The notes under the pieces: model-generated
The model's input: only the letters and a program-made list of their open reading frames with translations
What the model was told of the DNA's origin: nothing
The model's database searches: none
Source of the DNA: Basidiobolus meristosporus CBS 931.73
Taxonomy: Eukaryota > Fungi > Basidiobolomycota
DNA length: 64,000 nt
Assembly (NCBI GenBank): GCA_002104905.1
Contig: MCFE01000043.1
Coordinates: 62,001 to 126,000, forward strand
Reading direction: 5' to 3'
Made by a program: the position numbers and the translations under genes
Shown: piece by piece, positions 11,589 to 22,125 of the stretch
Position numbering within the stretch: the stretch's first letter is position 1
Layout of the letters: every line of letters starts with the position of its first letter

Positions 11589-13245
11589 TTACATATGTTG
11601 CTCAGAGTAGTGCTTTCCTTGCTTTATATACACTTCATAATGCCCCAGACACATTTCTCTCAGTGGATGTCTTCTTATAGGAATATACTGTGCACTGATA
11701 AGTATCTTAACTATTTTACCTATTCTGCTGTTTTCTCCTATATATGACTTTCCTCTATATTTACCTGCCAATATGCTGAATCTCTTCAGATATCTAAGTG
11801 TATGCTCTACCCTCACTCTGAAATGATTAAATATCTCATTGTAGAGCCTCTGCTTCCTGCTAAGCACACCATTCCTTGGCTTCCTCTAAGCTGTAATACA
11901 TCCTAATCTCTGACAATTCTCTCCTATACAAGCTAAGTCTGCCATACATTTCTCCCCACTATTGAATTCTGGATGATTCTCTACCCAGAGCACTTTGCCA
12001 TGCCTACTTCCAGCAAATGACCCACAAAACCAGATGATGTTACCCTTAATGTCAGACAGTGCTTGAAATGTCACACAGTGTGCCTTGTACCAGAATAAAA
12101 GTGCCTCCACCCTCTAGAAGGTCTGTTAATCCTGACTGGGAAGGTATCCAAAATACTCCTTATATGGAACCTGTTGCTGAATACTCTGGGATATGCAAGC
12201 CAATTGGAGCTTCTAAACTTAGTACTCCAAGCTTGCTCTAAGTCATTAGACTTGTTCTGTTGGATAGTGCCGCATTGAGCCATGAGTGCCAAATGATGCC
12301 ATAGTGTGCCAGAGAGGTCAAGTGAGCCTATACTTGGCCACAGAGTGTGAAACATAGCTCTGCATCTTCATGTAAAGCAGCCCTCTGTGGTTCACCCATT
12401 GCACAGGAGAAAATCCATTTTTTGACCTTTTTTTGAGGATCAATGTAGCTCAGCATGTGTAAGAGCACAGGAGAACTGAAGATAGGCATCTGGTACTCAA
12501 TACCCATGGCACTCTGAATCTAGCTCCTGTAGCTTGTATCATGTCACAAAAATGAATGGCACTATCTTGGTCCACTGGTACTATCTGGCACTATAAAAGC
12601 TTTATATAGATCTTACTTTAGGACTAATATTGAAATATAGTGCCAGATAGTACCAGTGGACCAAGATAGTGCCATTCATTTTTGTGACATGATACAAGCT
12701 ACAGGAGCTAGATTCAGAGTGCCATGGGTATTGAGTACCAGATGCATATCTTCAATCTGCTTGTGCTCTAATACATCCTGCACAACATTGATCCAAAAAA
12801 AAGGTCAAAAAATGGATTTTCTCCAGCACAATGGGTGAAACACAGGGGCTGCTTTGCATGAAGATGTGGAGCTATGTTTCACACTCTGTGGCCAGGTAGA
12901 GGCTCAATTGGCCTCTCTGGCACACTATAGCATCATTTGGCACTCATGGCTCAATGTGGCACTATCCAACAGAACAAGTCTATTCATACCCTCTGCAAAG
13001 TGGTTCTCTGTTGCTGTCAACTGGGAATAAAAGCTTTTAGGGCTTTTGGTGCCATGGATTGCGGGATGAAACCTTAGAGGGCAATAGTCCTTGTAATAGC
13101 AGAGAAGCTTAACAAGGGATCTCCTTGAGTAGATTGGGGTAGATGGACCACTGTACTTGATATAGATCTCCTCCTGTGTGTCACAAGGAAATCCAGTGGT
13201 TGTGATGGGATTGAAGTAAAAAGGCCATTCAGATGAGTAACTCAT
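11589..13245 (-). pseudogene. DDE_Tnp_4 (HARBI1/IS5-like) transposase, ~306 codons once the MITE is removed; one frameshift and one stop
   Basis: SILDTFPVRINRP..FYSG.YKAHCVTFQALSD.KGNIIW..GS..GSRH, CMADLA, RKPRNGVLSRKQRLYNEIFNHFRVRVEHTLRYLKRFSIL; removing the MITE and one ATT restores FAEGM-NDLEQAW in frame. Confidence 0.8.
12248..12981. mobile_element. 734-bp hairpin MITE (copy 2) inside the parental transposase
   Basis: AG..CT termini; perfect TSD ATT (12245-12247, 12982-12984). Confidence 0.92.
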
Positions 13246-13506
13246 ATTGAAATTGGTAAGGATTGGGCGGAGATGATTTGATTTAATTTGGCACAATCAG
13301 CTTTATATATCTGATTTTGCGTGCATTATGATTAAATCTCCATTAATTCCCATGTATCCCATCATTATGTTGCAAAAATTGTCCTCAAACAATAACTGGG
13401 TATTTTTATTGATGTTTGACTCAAAAGTCTATAATTGAATAGGAAATCTGCAATTGATGTGATCTGATCTGTGTTAATGCAATCCAAGATGCACCATGCA
13501 TAATAC

Positions 13507-14712
13507 ATGGAAGATTCAACAATCACATTAGCTTTCATATATAATTCATATAAGACCAGGTTGATGCCAATACACCACTGTATAAGTATCCAAATCCATC
13601 ACTATGGTCCCTATACAAAGTCTCAACTCATCTTTAGCTCAACCCAGACAAAACCCATCCCCCAGCTCACAGGTGCAGTCCGGACTGGAAAGGCAATGTT
13701 GGATCCCTTTGAGTTCTTGCCAAATGATTTCAGTATGGCCCAAGTGTCTATGGTGAGCTTTCATACAGATATTTGGGTACTACTCATTAATCTAGCAGAA
13801 CTAGATACCTTGGAGAGTTGACAGAGATGGAAGAACCAGAGTAGAAAGCTGTGGCATGCGTTCTACATCAAGATGCCAGTAGATGTATGTAAGAAGATAT
13901 ATAACAAGACAAGTATTGAAATCAAGAATGAGCTGAGCATGAGGGGATTTGATGAAGAAGCCATGCAGGAATGATTTTGCACACAATTTGCTCAATACAG
14001 GCTGGACACGTTCATTTGTGCCTTGACTTTGGGAACCAAAGAGATCTTGAATGAGTTTTTGCCTCAAATGACTAATGTATTATGTGATATATTTGTAGAG
14101 CTAAGTGGCTTCCAAGAGCAATATACACAGGACTCATCCAGGCAACAGTTGTAAAGTATTAGACAGAGGGTAAGTGAATACCTTGAGGAATCAGAAGGTA
14201 AGCTTCAAGAGGAAGAATACAGACTGTGAGCAACATTGTCAAGATTGTGCCAGCAGGCCTTGCTGGATTCCTTACCATCCCTTGCAACTTCAGCACGCTG
14301 GCGCACGTCAGTCCAAACTGTGCCAACACCCTTTACAAGAGCACCCTGCATTGACTCAATGCGTATTGGGTCAATGCACATGCTTCAGAGCATAACCATC
14401 AGAACCCACCAAACTGCTCAAAAAGACACAAGTCCATTGGAGCAGGCCAAGTTGTGTCAACAAGTGGCATCACATTGGACTCAGCCAAGGGCCATGCCAG
14501 TGCATCAAGTTGCGTCTGCGCATGCCATTACACCTGACCATCAGCAAGTTTCTTCTGGTGAACTGACAAATGATGACCCACATGAAGTACCTCCACCACC
14601 AGAGCCTTTAGCAAGTAAAAGAACGCATCATCATGTAGTGCTGCAGGCCAGCTCAGTTGCATCATCCAGAGCAATTCAGAGCAGGAAGCTGAGCATGGCA
14701 CTCATCAACTAG
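13507..14712 (+). pseudogene. ORF Y, ~400-codon unknown protein divergent from the PHIS transposase
   Basis: One frame from 13507 to 14712 with only four stops (TGA 13819, TGA 13972, TAA 14152, TGA 14227), all explicable as C>T; the copy at 28335-29211 has CAA at two of these codons. Confidence 0.6.
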
Positions 14713-16021
14713 GAGGCAAAATACTGACTACAAATACACAAGTAGCCAAGAGGATAGTCACAACAAGGTAGTGTAGGTGTGCAAAGTGAATCACTACCAA
14801 ATGCTTCAGTAGTAATCCCTGTGAGAAAAATGCCTAGGAGAAGATGATGCAATTGCATTGAAGTGCTATTACTTGTAATGATCCAAACAATGCATTTTTT
14901 TTGTGATCTGCATCAAGCCATTGCAAATCAGTGATCACTAAATTTTTGATATAAGCAATATTAAGGTTGTCTCACATTTGAGACAGGACCCCTATAAATA
15001 AACACACTGCATATGTATACATCATCTGTGGCACCAGTGCAGCCATTTGATCTGATTTGCACCCATACAATTGATTACGTGCTAGCTATGGCACCTTGTC
15101 CAATCACTAGCATCAGGAATTTACTTGTTTAATGGGCAAAATGGGATATTTGATGGCAAATCAGGTGGCCTGTGTATTAGTCAAAGAGCAAATTAGGGGC
15201 TGAAAGCTTCAGGATACTTTTGGACCAATTGACCACTGAGATACCATCCAATTGGAGTATTAGTAACCAAAATGGTAAGTATTAGTGTAGTTTATGGTGT
15301 GATATGCATTTATTGCCATTTAAATTAAAGAAACATATCCAGATACCAGATTTTACCTACCACAACAGCGGTATCTGATTGCGCATGTGATGCAAACATT
15401 ACAAGTGGGTGCAATCATTTGTGCCAACCTCATTGTGTCAGATTGTGCCATAGTGTGCAAGATTGTCCCACATGATGCAAAATCATCCAAGAGCAATCCT
15501 GCCTACTGGTAGCTACAATATTACGCCCAATTGTTCTTAGAGACAGCAGATTGCACCATGCACCCTGGCACAGTACAATGAAACAAGTTTATTGAATGGT
15601 ACAGAAATTGGCTTGTAACAAGACAAATCCGGCATACCTTGGTAGAGTTTTCCAAATAAAAATTAGTTGCTTGATGCAACCAATCCTACTTTGTATTACT
15701 CAAATGATTACCCACACATTTGGGCTGCATAGCTTTGTAACTCCATAGGCATTGGCATCTCCATGTGTATATCTGTCCTCAGTATTTTCCAACTCTTCCT
15801 GGCTGTCCTCCATGTGTCAACTCATCACATCCATGATGGACTTAACAATAATATTCTTGATGAGATTGTGATATGGTAGTACCTGCAACTTGACTTGTCT
15901 TCCTATCTCCCTACACATCCGCTCCAGAAACTCCCAAAAGTTGAAGCAAGGTTCAATATTCTCAACACACCAAGCAAAATGGAGTAGGAAATGCATATAG
16001 TAGCAGCAGAGATCTACACGT

Positions 16022-17092
16022 TGTGGTGGTGTATAAGTCCAAGGGAGAGATATGTCCAACACTTCTCAAGTGTTTTGTGTGTGGGGTGTTCACTGGGTGC
16101 AATAACCTCTGGCAAAAGCTTGCTAGGAATACTTGGGTTTTGTCTCTAATCTAATGTGAAGGGGAATAAAGCCACAAGCTTGTCAAGGGAAAACTATTGA
16201 GCTACAATCCCCAACTTAGTTGGCGTCTTAACAAAAGTATGTGCTGGGTTCAGCGTCCTTTGAGATGACAATGTACTAAAGCTTCCAAAGTCAAAACAAC
16301 TGTAAACTCCACCAGCAGGGACTTGATAAGAATGCAGCTGTGGTCAATAGTTACAAAGACAGAAAAGTATCTTTGCCTGTACAAGAACAAACTTGGGAAA
16401 GAATCAAATATAATAAAAGATACCTACTCTGAGTATTCCTCACAAGTAGTGCCTCCAAGGTCAGTTGGCTGTCAGCGCGGTTTCCTGGGAGTGTCCTGTG
16501 GTCTGGGGTTGGAAGTTCAGGTAGCAGCAGGTAGCAGTGATCACACTAATCAACAAGTTGGTATATTGATAAAAGGGATGATGATTTATTGTTGAGGGAT
16601 AGCCTCCCTTATATACTTTTCTCACTGGCTAAGTGATTACTAATCAAGGTGTTCCAGAAGGTTCCGGAGATCAATAGAAATCTTAATGACATCAGAATGA
16701 CCTAAGAATGTTCTAAGTAGGTGCCGGAAGGTTCTAAGAGGCACAGCACATCCAACCAATCAGGAATCAGTATTCTGAAACCTGTGTAACATGGGGATAC
16801 CATATATGGTATGGAAATGGTAGGGATGGTGACACGGGCTGATCATGTGTCACGGGTACTGGCGCGGGTACTTGCCTAATATAGAAGTACTTATAGCTAG
16901 CAATCTTACATAAAGTGAGGGGTAACTTATGCAATAAGGTAAGCAGGTGTGATAGTCAACCGGCTTATGGGATAGTACTGATTGGGTAAGACAAATGGGA
17001 TAAAACTAAAATAAGTGTAGTAGAGATATAGGGAAGTAGAAAATAAGGGAATGAGCACATCTGTCAGTGGGTGTCACTGTCACCCCACTACA
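16022..17092 (-). repeat. Gypsy-A 3' LTR
   Basis: TG..CA ends; PPT GAGAGGGGGGTGGA adjacent at 17093-17106. Confidence 0.96.
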
Positions 17093-17131
17093 TCCACCCC
17101 CCTCTCAGCTTTGAACTTGGGTCAAAGCAAA

Positions 17132-20100
17132 CTAATCTTGATGTGCAAAATTCCTATGCTTGAATAACTTAAGTCGATTTCCAGCAACTGGTGCTCTCAA
17201 CTGGGTGTTGTCAAGCTCAGATATGTAATAACTTCCATTTCCAATCACTTTGGAAATGAGGTAGGGGCCAGTCCATTTGTTGTCAAACTTCCGACTCCAT
17301 TGCTTGTCCAAGGTAGAATCATAGAGTAATACTGGGTCTCCAAGTGATAGTGGTTTTGGTCTTGTTGGGTGTGATTTGTCAAAGGGCACCTTGTTCTTTA
17401 GTCGTGTATCCTTAAGTTGTTCAGCAGCTCTGCTGATATTCAAGTCATGGTGATCAAGTTGCTGTATGCGAGTTGCAAGGAGGTCTTCAGTCTGCATATT
17501 GGATCTCCAATTCAATGAGTTCCAAGTGACTGTGTTTAACTCAACTGGTAGTATGCAGTCATGTCCATAGAGTAGCTTGAATGGCAATAATCCAGTTGTC
17601 CTCTTAGTAGTAATTCTATCTGCCCAGAGTGCTAGATGTAATTGCTGTGGCCACAGTGTTGTGTTATTCTCACAGGTCTTGACAAGAGAGTTCACCAATG
17701 GTCCATGTCCTCTCTCTATCATTCCATTGGCTTGAGGGTGGTAAGCTGTTGTAAAAGCAATGTGTATCTTGTACTTTGAGCACAACTCCTGGATCATTTG
17801 GGATGTCATCTCTCCTCTGTCAGCAACAAACTGTCGGATGCAGCCAAATCTGCAGATGATGTCTTCAAGTATAAATCTCCATATGGTATGGCTCTTGTTG
17901 TTGGGCAAGGCTCGAGCCTCTGCCCATCCACTAAGGTCATCTCTAGCAACAATCAGGTACTTTTTTGAACCAGCTGTTGGCATGTGGACAAGGTCAATAC
18001 CAACCTTTTGCCATAGACAGATTGTGTAAGTAGGATGCAGTGGTTCTTCATAACGCTTTGAGGATCTCTTCTGGCAGGCTACACATGACTCAACAAAGTG
18101 TTGGATATCATAGTACATGTTTTCCCAGTAGTACCTCTGAGCTGTAGTATTGTATGTGGCTTCTCGTCCTCTATGTCCTCCTGGTTCTCCTTGGTGGATA
18201 CTTGTCATGATGTTCAGTTGCTCTTGAGGGGTAGTGACTACTCTTCTTGGCATAAGTCCAGGTTTCACTCGCTTAAAGAGAAGATCATCTTTAAGATAGT
18301 AGTGGTGTGCCTTCTTCCTGAGTTTTCTAAACTCCTCAATATCCATCCAACTAGGTTTCTTAAGTGTCCTTAGATATTCCTTGATCAGACTCCAGGTAGT
18401 TCTCTCTTGGTCTTTGATGGCAATCTGTCGGATCTCTGCATCAATAATATCATCAAAGTGAGGGTCCAAGTCTTCAAATAATTGTGGTCCCTTCCTGGAG
18501 AGTGCATCAGCCACAACATTTGTCTTGCCAGGGATATGTTTGACCTCAAAGTCAAACATTTTCAGCCATGCCATCCATTGGTTTGTGGCATCATCAGGTA
18601 GGTCAGGCTTGTTGATCATTCCTATCAGTGGCTTGGCATCTGTTTCCAGGATAAAATGTGTCATGTAGAGTTGTGACTTCAGTTTCCTCAGCATCTTCAC
18701 AACTCCTAGTAGTTCTCTCTTAATCTGTGAGTATCTTTGTTCTCTAGGAGAGAATAGGCAGCTCTCATATCTGCAGGCATAGCGGTTGCCATCTTCATCA
18801 TCTTGTCCAAGTAGTGCTCCAGCTCCTATGGGGCTTGCATCCACTGTCAAAATAGGTGGGCATTCAGTGTTTTGATAGTCAAGAGGTCTCAGAACTGGTG
18901 GAGATACTAAGGCCTCTTTCAGTAATTGCATGGCTTCTTCTTGCTCTTCTCCCCAGATAAATGGGGTGTTCTTTCTCTGTAGTCGGTAAATTGGTTCTGC
19001 TATCTCAGAAAATCTTGGGATCCAGATCCTAAAGAACCCACAAGCAGCCACAAAGCCACGAGCTTGTGTTAGATTTGTGGGGGTAGGCCAGTTGCATATC
19101 TTTTGTGTCTTGGAGTCTCCAGGTGAGCAACCAAAGGTGTTGCATTTTTGTCCAACAATGGATATCTCTGATACACCAAAGCTGCTTTTCTCACCACTGA
19201 TGGTGAGTCCAGCTTCTTCAATGGCTCCTAGTATGGCATCATTGTCTGCAATATGGTCATAGACAAACTTTCTTACTCCAGGCATAACTTCAGTGGTGTC
19301 CCGGAATTTTGATCCTTTGATGCCTATGTCATCCACAAAGACAGCAAGTTTCTCAGGTATAAACTGGTATAGCACATTCACCATGCATCTCTGGAACTGA
19401 GCCACGGAGTTTGTAGCCCCTTGGCTGAGTCTTGTCATCCTTAATAGTCCAAATGGTGTCTGTAGTGCAAACATATCTCTTGATGTCTCATCAAGGGGAA
19501 TCTGGTCATATCCTGAGTAGAGATCGTATGTTGAGTAGATGGAGTGGCCACTAAAGCTTTCTGCAAAGTCATCAATAGATGGAGGTATAGCAGCATCTCT
19601 GATAGTGACAGCATTTGCAGGTTGCATGTCTTGAATGAATCGGAGCTTTCCATTCTTCTTTTTGGTTACAAACCATCTGTTAGCATAGGGCCCATGGCAA
19701 GGTTCTAGGATACCAGCTTCTATCTTCTTCTTAAGTAGGTCATGCACATCAGCTTGGAGTCCTCTGGGCAGTGGGTAAGGCTTAAATGACCAGGGTGTGT
19801 GGGGCACTGTATGAATCTTGATGGGTTTTTCAACCGATGTCTTTAAGAGTCCCATCTCCTTGTCATTATATGAGAAGACCTTATCATGCCTTTTCAAGGT
19901 CTCCTTAAATAATAGTATCTCCTCTGGTGTAAGGTTTCCATCACCAATGATAAGTTGCTTAAGTCTCTCAGGTGTAAGTCGTGTATCATCTGGTGTTTCT
20001 TCTGGTGGTCTAATGTAATCAGCAGGTCGGGATCCATCAGTCAAAGGTGTAAGTGATGGTCTAATCTTCTGTTCTACTGTCTTGTATTTTGTTCGAACCA

Positions 20101-21985
20101 TAGCTGTTTGCTCCTGTATACCTAATGAGCAGCTCCAAATGTTGGGGTGTATATTGTCAGGCTCTTCATCTTCTTCCATAACAAGATGTGTCTTCTGGCA
20201 AGCAGTATGTGTCCTCTTATTGTTGGGTGTTACACCACAGAAGGTTGACTGTAGTCCTGGATTGGATCCTTGTATGGTGTACCATACTGACCCATCGGAA
20301 TAGTTGGTAGTTGTAGCCTTAGTACTGGTTTCCCATGGTCTACCTAGCAGAAGGTCAAAGTTTGCCTTCTGGCAGATGAAGAGGGGAAGCCAGACCTTGA
20401 TCCCTTGTACCTCAATAGGGAACTTGTGCACTACACCGTAGAGTGGACTAGATCCTGAGTTTGCATCAGTCATGTTCCATCCAATATCTCTATCAACAGG
20501 CAGTAGCTCCTTGCTTCTAAGTGTCTTCCAGAAGTCTAGCGGCATAACACAAATCTCTGAGCCACTGTCAATATGGCAGTCAACAGGGTCATCATATATA
20601 TATCCTTTCACCACAGCAGTTGCAACTGAGTAGAAGGTCTTATACTCAGTAGTGTTGTCATCTTTTTGGTGGTCTTCATGGTTTGTGTGAATTATATGGG
20701 TGTCCATATGTTCAACAGCTTGTCGTCTTGTTCTAAGCTGCTCATCAAAGGTCTTCCTAACAGATGGGGATACACTCATGATTTCTCCAACCGACAAAGT
20801 GAGGTTCTGCTTCAGCAGCTTCTCAGTAATCAGTTGAGGGCTTGAGTAGCTTGTTATCTTTGAGGTCATCTGAAAGTGAGGCAATGGATCTTGGGTGGGC
20901 AGCATACTAGGCCTCTTGTCAATAACAACTTCAGGTTCTTCAAATCGTGGTCTTCTAAGGATGGGTTTGGCAGGTTCTTCAGGGAGGTGTCTTTTGGTAG
21001 CAAAGGCATCAACTTCATATTGTCTGTTGTCAGAGCTGCTTGAATTCACTTTATGAGTCCCAATAGGGGCATCAACAGTAATCTTTCTGGTTGCTGAGTC
21101 AGATTTCTGGAAAAGGGCTCTCATCCCTCCTCTTTGGAAATTAGTGGGAATCCTTCTTCCTTCCTTGTCAGCAAGCATTCCATCAGCATCAAACTGTACT
21201 GCTCCTTCTCTGAGTAGCTGACTAAGCTCTGAGCATTCTCGTCTGGCATGCTGAGTAGAGTCACACCAGATGCAGTGCCTGGGCAAAGGTCTTTGTCCCT
21301 CAGTAGGAACCTCAGCTGAGCCATTAATCTTGAGGGCTAGCTTTTGTAACTGTTCAGCAAGTTGGTCAATTCTGTCGGTAGTGTAGGTCTGATTGTCAGC
21401 AGCAGCACTCCTTGGCTCCTTGGTTGACTGGTCTGGCAGATTAGATGTCAGGAGTCTCATAAAGGTAGAAGTTTGCTTTGCCTCTAGGAGAACACGTTTC
21501 ATCTCTGCAAAGCAAGGAATGCCAGACTTGTCATCCTTGGCAGCATGTAAGTCAACTTTCCTTGCCAAGTCCTGGGGAAGCCCTTGTGCAAGGTAAAGTG
21601 TCATGGTAAACTCAGTTATAGCCTGGGACTCTAGGAGTGGCTTGGCCATATCTTCATACTGTTGAATGAACTCTTCAAGTGGTAGCTTGGAAAGTCCAGT
21701 TCTTCCGAAGTGCCTGAGATCTTCAATTCCATAGTATATCTGGGGTCTACCATACTCGGTCTGTAGGTAGGTCTTCATTAAGGCCCAGTCAGTGAGAATG
21801 TCTCCTTGTCTGAGAAGCTTAGTGGTAATATCATCGGTGCAGTAGTAGGGGAAGTCTTCAGCCATTTCTTGTTCAGATAGACTGCACATCTTGCAGAGCT
21901 TCTCCCATTTGAATATGAAGCTTTCCACATTCTTTCCATCAAACTGTGGGGCTCCATGTGAGAGTGGTAATGGCATAGAGTTCAT
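17132..21985 (-). CDS. gag-pol: Gypsy-A Gag-Pol polyprotein, 1617 aa, single ORF (gag, CCHC knuckle, aspartic protease, RT, RNase H, integrase)
   Basis: CIWCDSTQHARREC; HIDSGSEICVM; YDLYSGYDQ, VFVDDI; TVDAS; H-H-C-C integrase zinc finger, GIDLVH, FVADRG, QANGMIER, WTGPY; true ATG at 21985. Confidence 0.97.
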   Translation of the reverse strand: MNSMPLPLSHGAPQFDGKNVESFIFKWEKLCKMCSLSEQEMAEDFPYYCTDDITTKLLRQGDILTDWALMKTYLQTEYGRPQIYYGIEDLRHFGRTGLSKLPLEEFIQQYEDMAKPLLESQAITEFTMTLYLAQGLPQDLARKVDLHAAKDDKSGIPCFAEMKRVLLEAKQTSTFMRLLTSNLPDQSTKEPRSAAADNQTYTTDRIDQLAEQLQKLALKINGSAEVPTEGQRPLPRHCIWCDSTQHARRECSELSQLLREGAVQFDADGMLADKEGRRIPTNFQRGGMRALFQKSDSATRKITVDAPIGTHKVNSSSSDNRQYEVDAFATKRHLPEEPAKPILRRPRFEEPEVVIDKRPSMLPTQDPLPHFQMTSKITSYSSPQLITEKLLKQNLTLSVGEIMSVSPSVRKTFDEQLRTRRQAVEHMDTHIIHTNHEDHQKDDNTTEYKTFYSVATAVVKGYIYDDPVDCHIDSGSEICVMPLDFWKTLRSKELLPVDRDIGWNMTDANSGSSPLYGVVHKFPIEVQGIKVWLPLFICQKANFDLLLGRPWETSTKATTTNYSDGSVWYTIQGSNPGLQSTFCGVTPNNKRTHTACQKTHLVMEEDEEPDNIHPNIWSCSLGIQEQTAMVRTKYKTVEQKIRPSLTPLTDGSRPADYIRPPEETPDDTRLTPERLKQLIIGDGNLTPEEILLFKETLKRHDKVFSYNDKEMGLLKTSVEKPIKIHTVPHTPWSFKPYPLPRGLQADVHDLLKKKIEAGILEPCHGPYANRWFVTKKKNGKLRFIQDMQPANAVTIRDAAIPPSIDDFAESFSGHSIYSTYDLYSGYDQIPLDETSRDMFALQTPFGLLRMTRLSQGATNSVAQFQRCMVNVLYQFIPEKLAVFVDDIGIKGSKFRDTTEVMPGVRKFVYDHIADNDAILGAIEEAGLTISGEKSSFGVSEISIVGQKCNTFGCSPGDSKTQKICNWPTPTNLTQARGFVAACGFFRIWIPRFSEIAEPIYRLQRKNTPFIWGEEQEEAMQLLKEALVSPPVLRPLDYQNTECPPILTVDASPIGAGALLGQDDEDGNRYACRYESCLFSPREQRYSQIKRELLGVVKMLRKLKSQLYMTHFILETDAKPLIGMINKPDLPDDATNQWMAWLKMFDFEVKHIPGKTNVVADALSRKGPQLFEDLDPHFDDIIDAEIRQIAIKDQERTTWSLIKEYLRTLKKPSWMDIEEFRKLRKKAHHYYLKDDLLFKRVKPGLMPRRVVTTPQEQLNIMTSIHQGEPGGHRGREATYNTTAQRYYWENMYYDIQHFVESCVACQKRSSKRYEEPLHPTYTICLWQKVGIDLVHMPTAGSKKYLIVARDDLSGWAEARALPNNKSHTIWRFILEDIICRFGCIRQFVADRGEMTSQMIQELCSKYKIHIAFTTAYHPQANGMIERGHGPLVNSLVKTCENNTTLWPQQLHLALWADRITTKRTTGLLPFKLLYGHDCILPVELNTVTWNSLNWRSNMQTEDLLATRIQQLDHHDLNISRAAEQLKDTRLKNKVPFDKSHPTRPKPLSLGDPVLLYDSTLDKQWSRKFDNKWTGPYLISKVIGNGSYYISELDNTQLRAPVAGNRLKLFKHRNFAHQD

Positions 21986-22103
21986 GTTGGGCAGGTAGGT
22001 TGGTGTTGTAATCTTGGTAATATCGGTAGTCTCTTTTCAATAGGTGGATAACAGCTCAAATCTTCAGGTAAATCTTGTTGGGTCCTAGGGAGCTTGTATG
22101 AAC

Positions 22104-22121
22104 CCCCCACGTTGGGTGCCA
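22104..22121 (-). promoter_or_regulatory. Gypsy-A primer-binding site, tRNA-Lys(CUU) type
   Basis: TGGCACCCAACGTGGGGG versus the canonical Lys1,2 PBS TGGCGCCCAACGTGGGGC (16/18; one difference is CG>CA), 4 nt from the LTR. Confidence 0.85.
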
Positions 22122-22125
22122 AATA

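Larger units (their letters stand above)
11455..15610 (-). mobile_element. PHIS-superfamily (Pangu-like) DNA transposon copy 1: one TIR, transposase, divergent ORF Y; other end missing
   Basis: TIR AGACTTGTTCTGTTGGATAGTGCCAC at 11455 shared with the MITE; same order of segments in 54066-57170. Extent beyond 13250 is inferred from co-occurrence. Confidence 0.65.

Noticed and set aside
12247-12982. Reading the MITE as Tc1/mariner-type with a TA TSD and G..C ends
   Set aside because: AG..CT ends with 3-bp TSDs (ATT, ATT, AAA, AGT) fit all complete copies and restore both the transposase (one Asn, as in copy 2) and the copia protease spacing; the linked transposase is DDE_Tnp_4-like, not DD34E/D.
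14817-14835. CCCTGTGAGAAAAA as another CACTA-like terminus
   Set aside because: Homology with 56340-56400 and the reverse complement of 59450-59540 continues on both sides, so it is not a boundary.
16323-16595. Identical 90-aa ORF at 16323 and 22427
   Set aside because: It is duplicated only because it lies in the LTR, is antisense, starts with TTG and has no recognisable motif.
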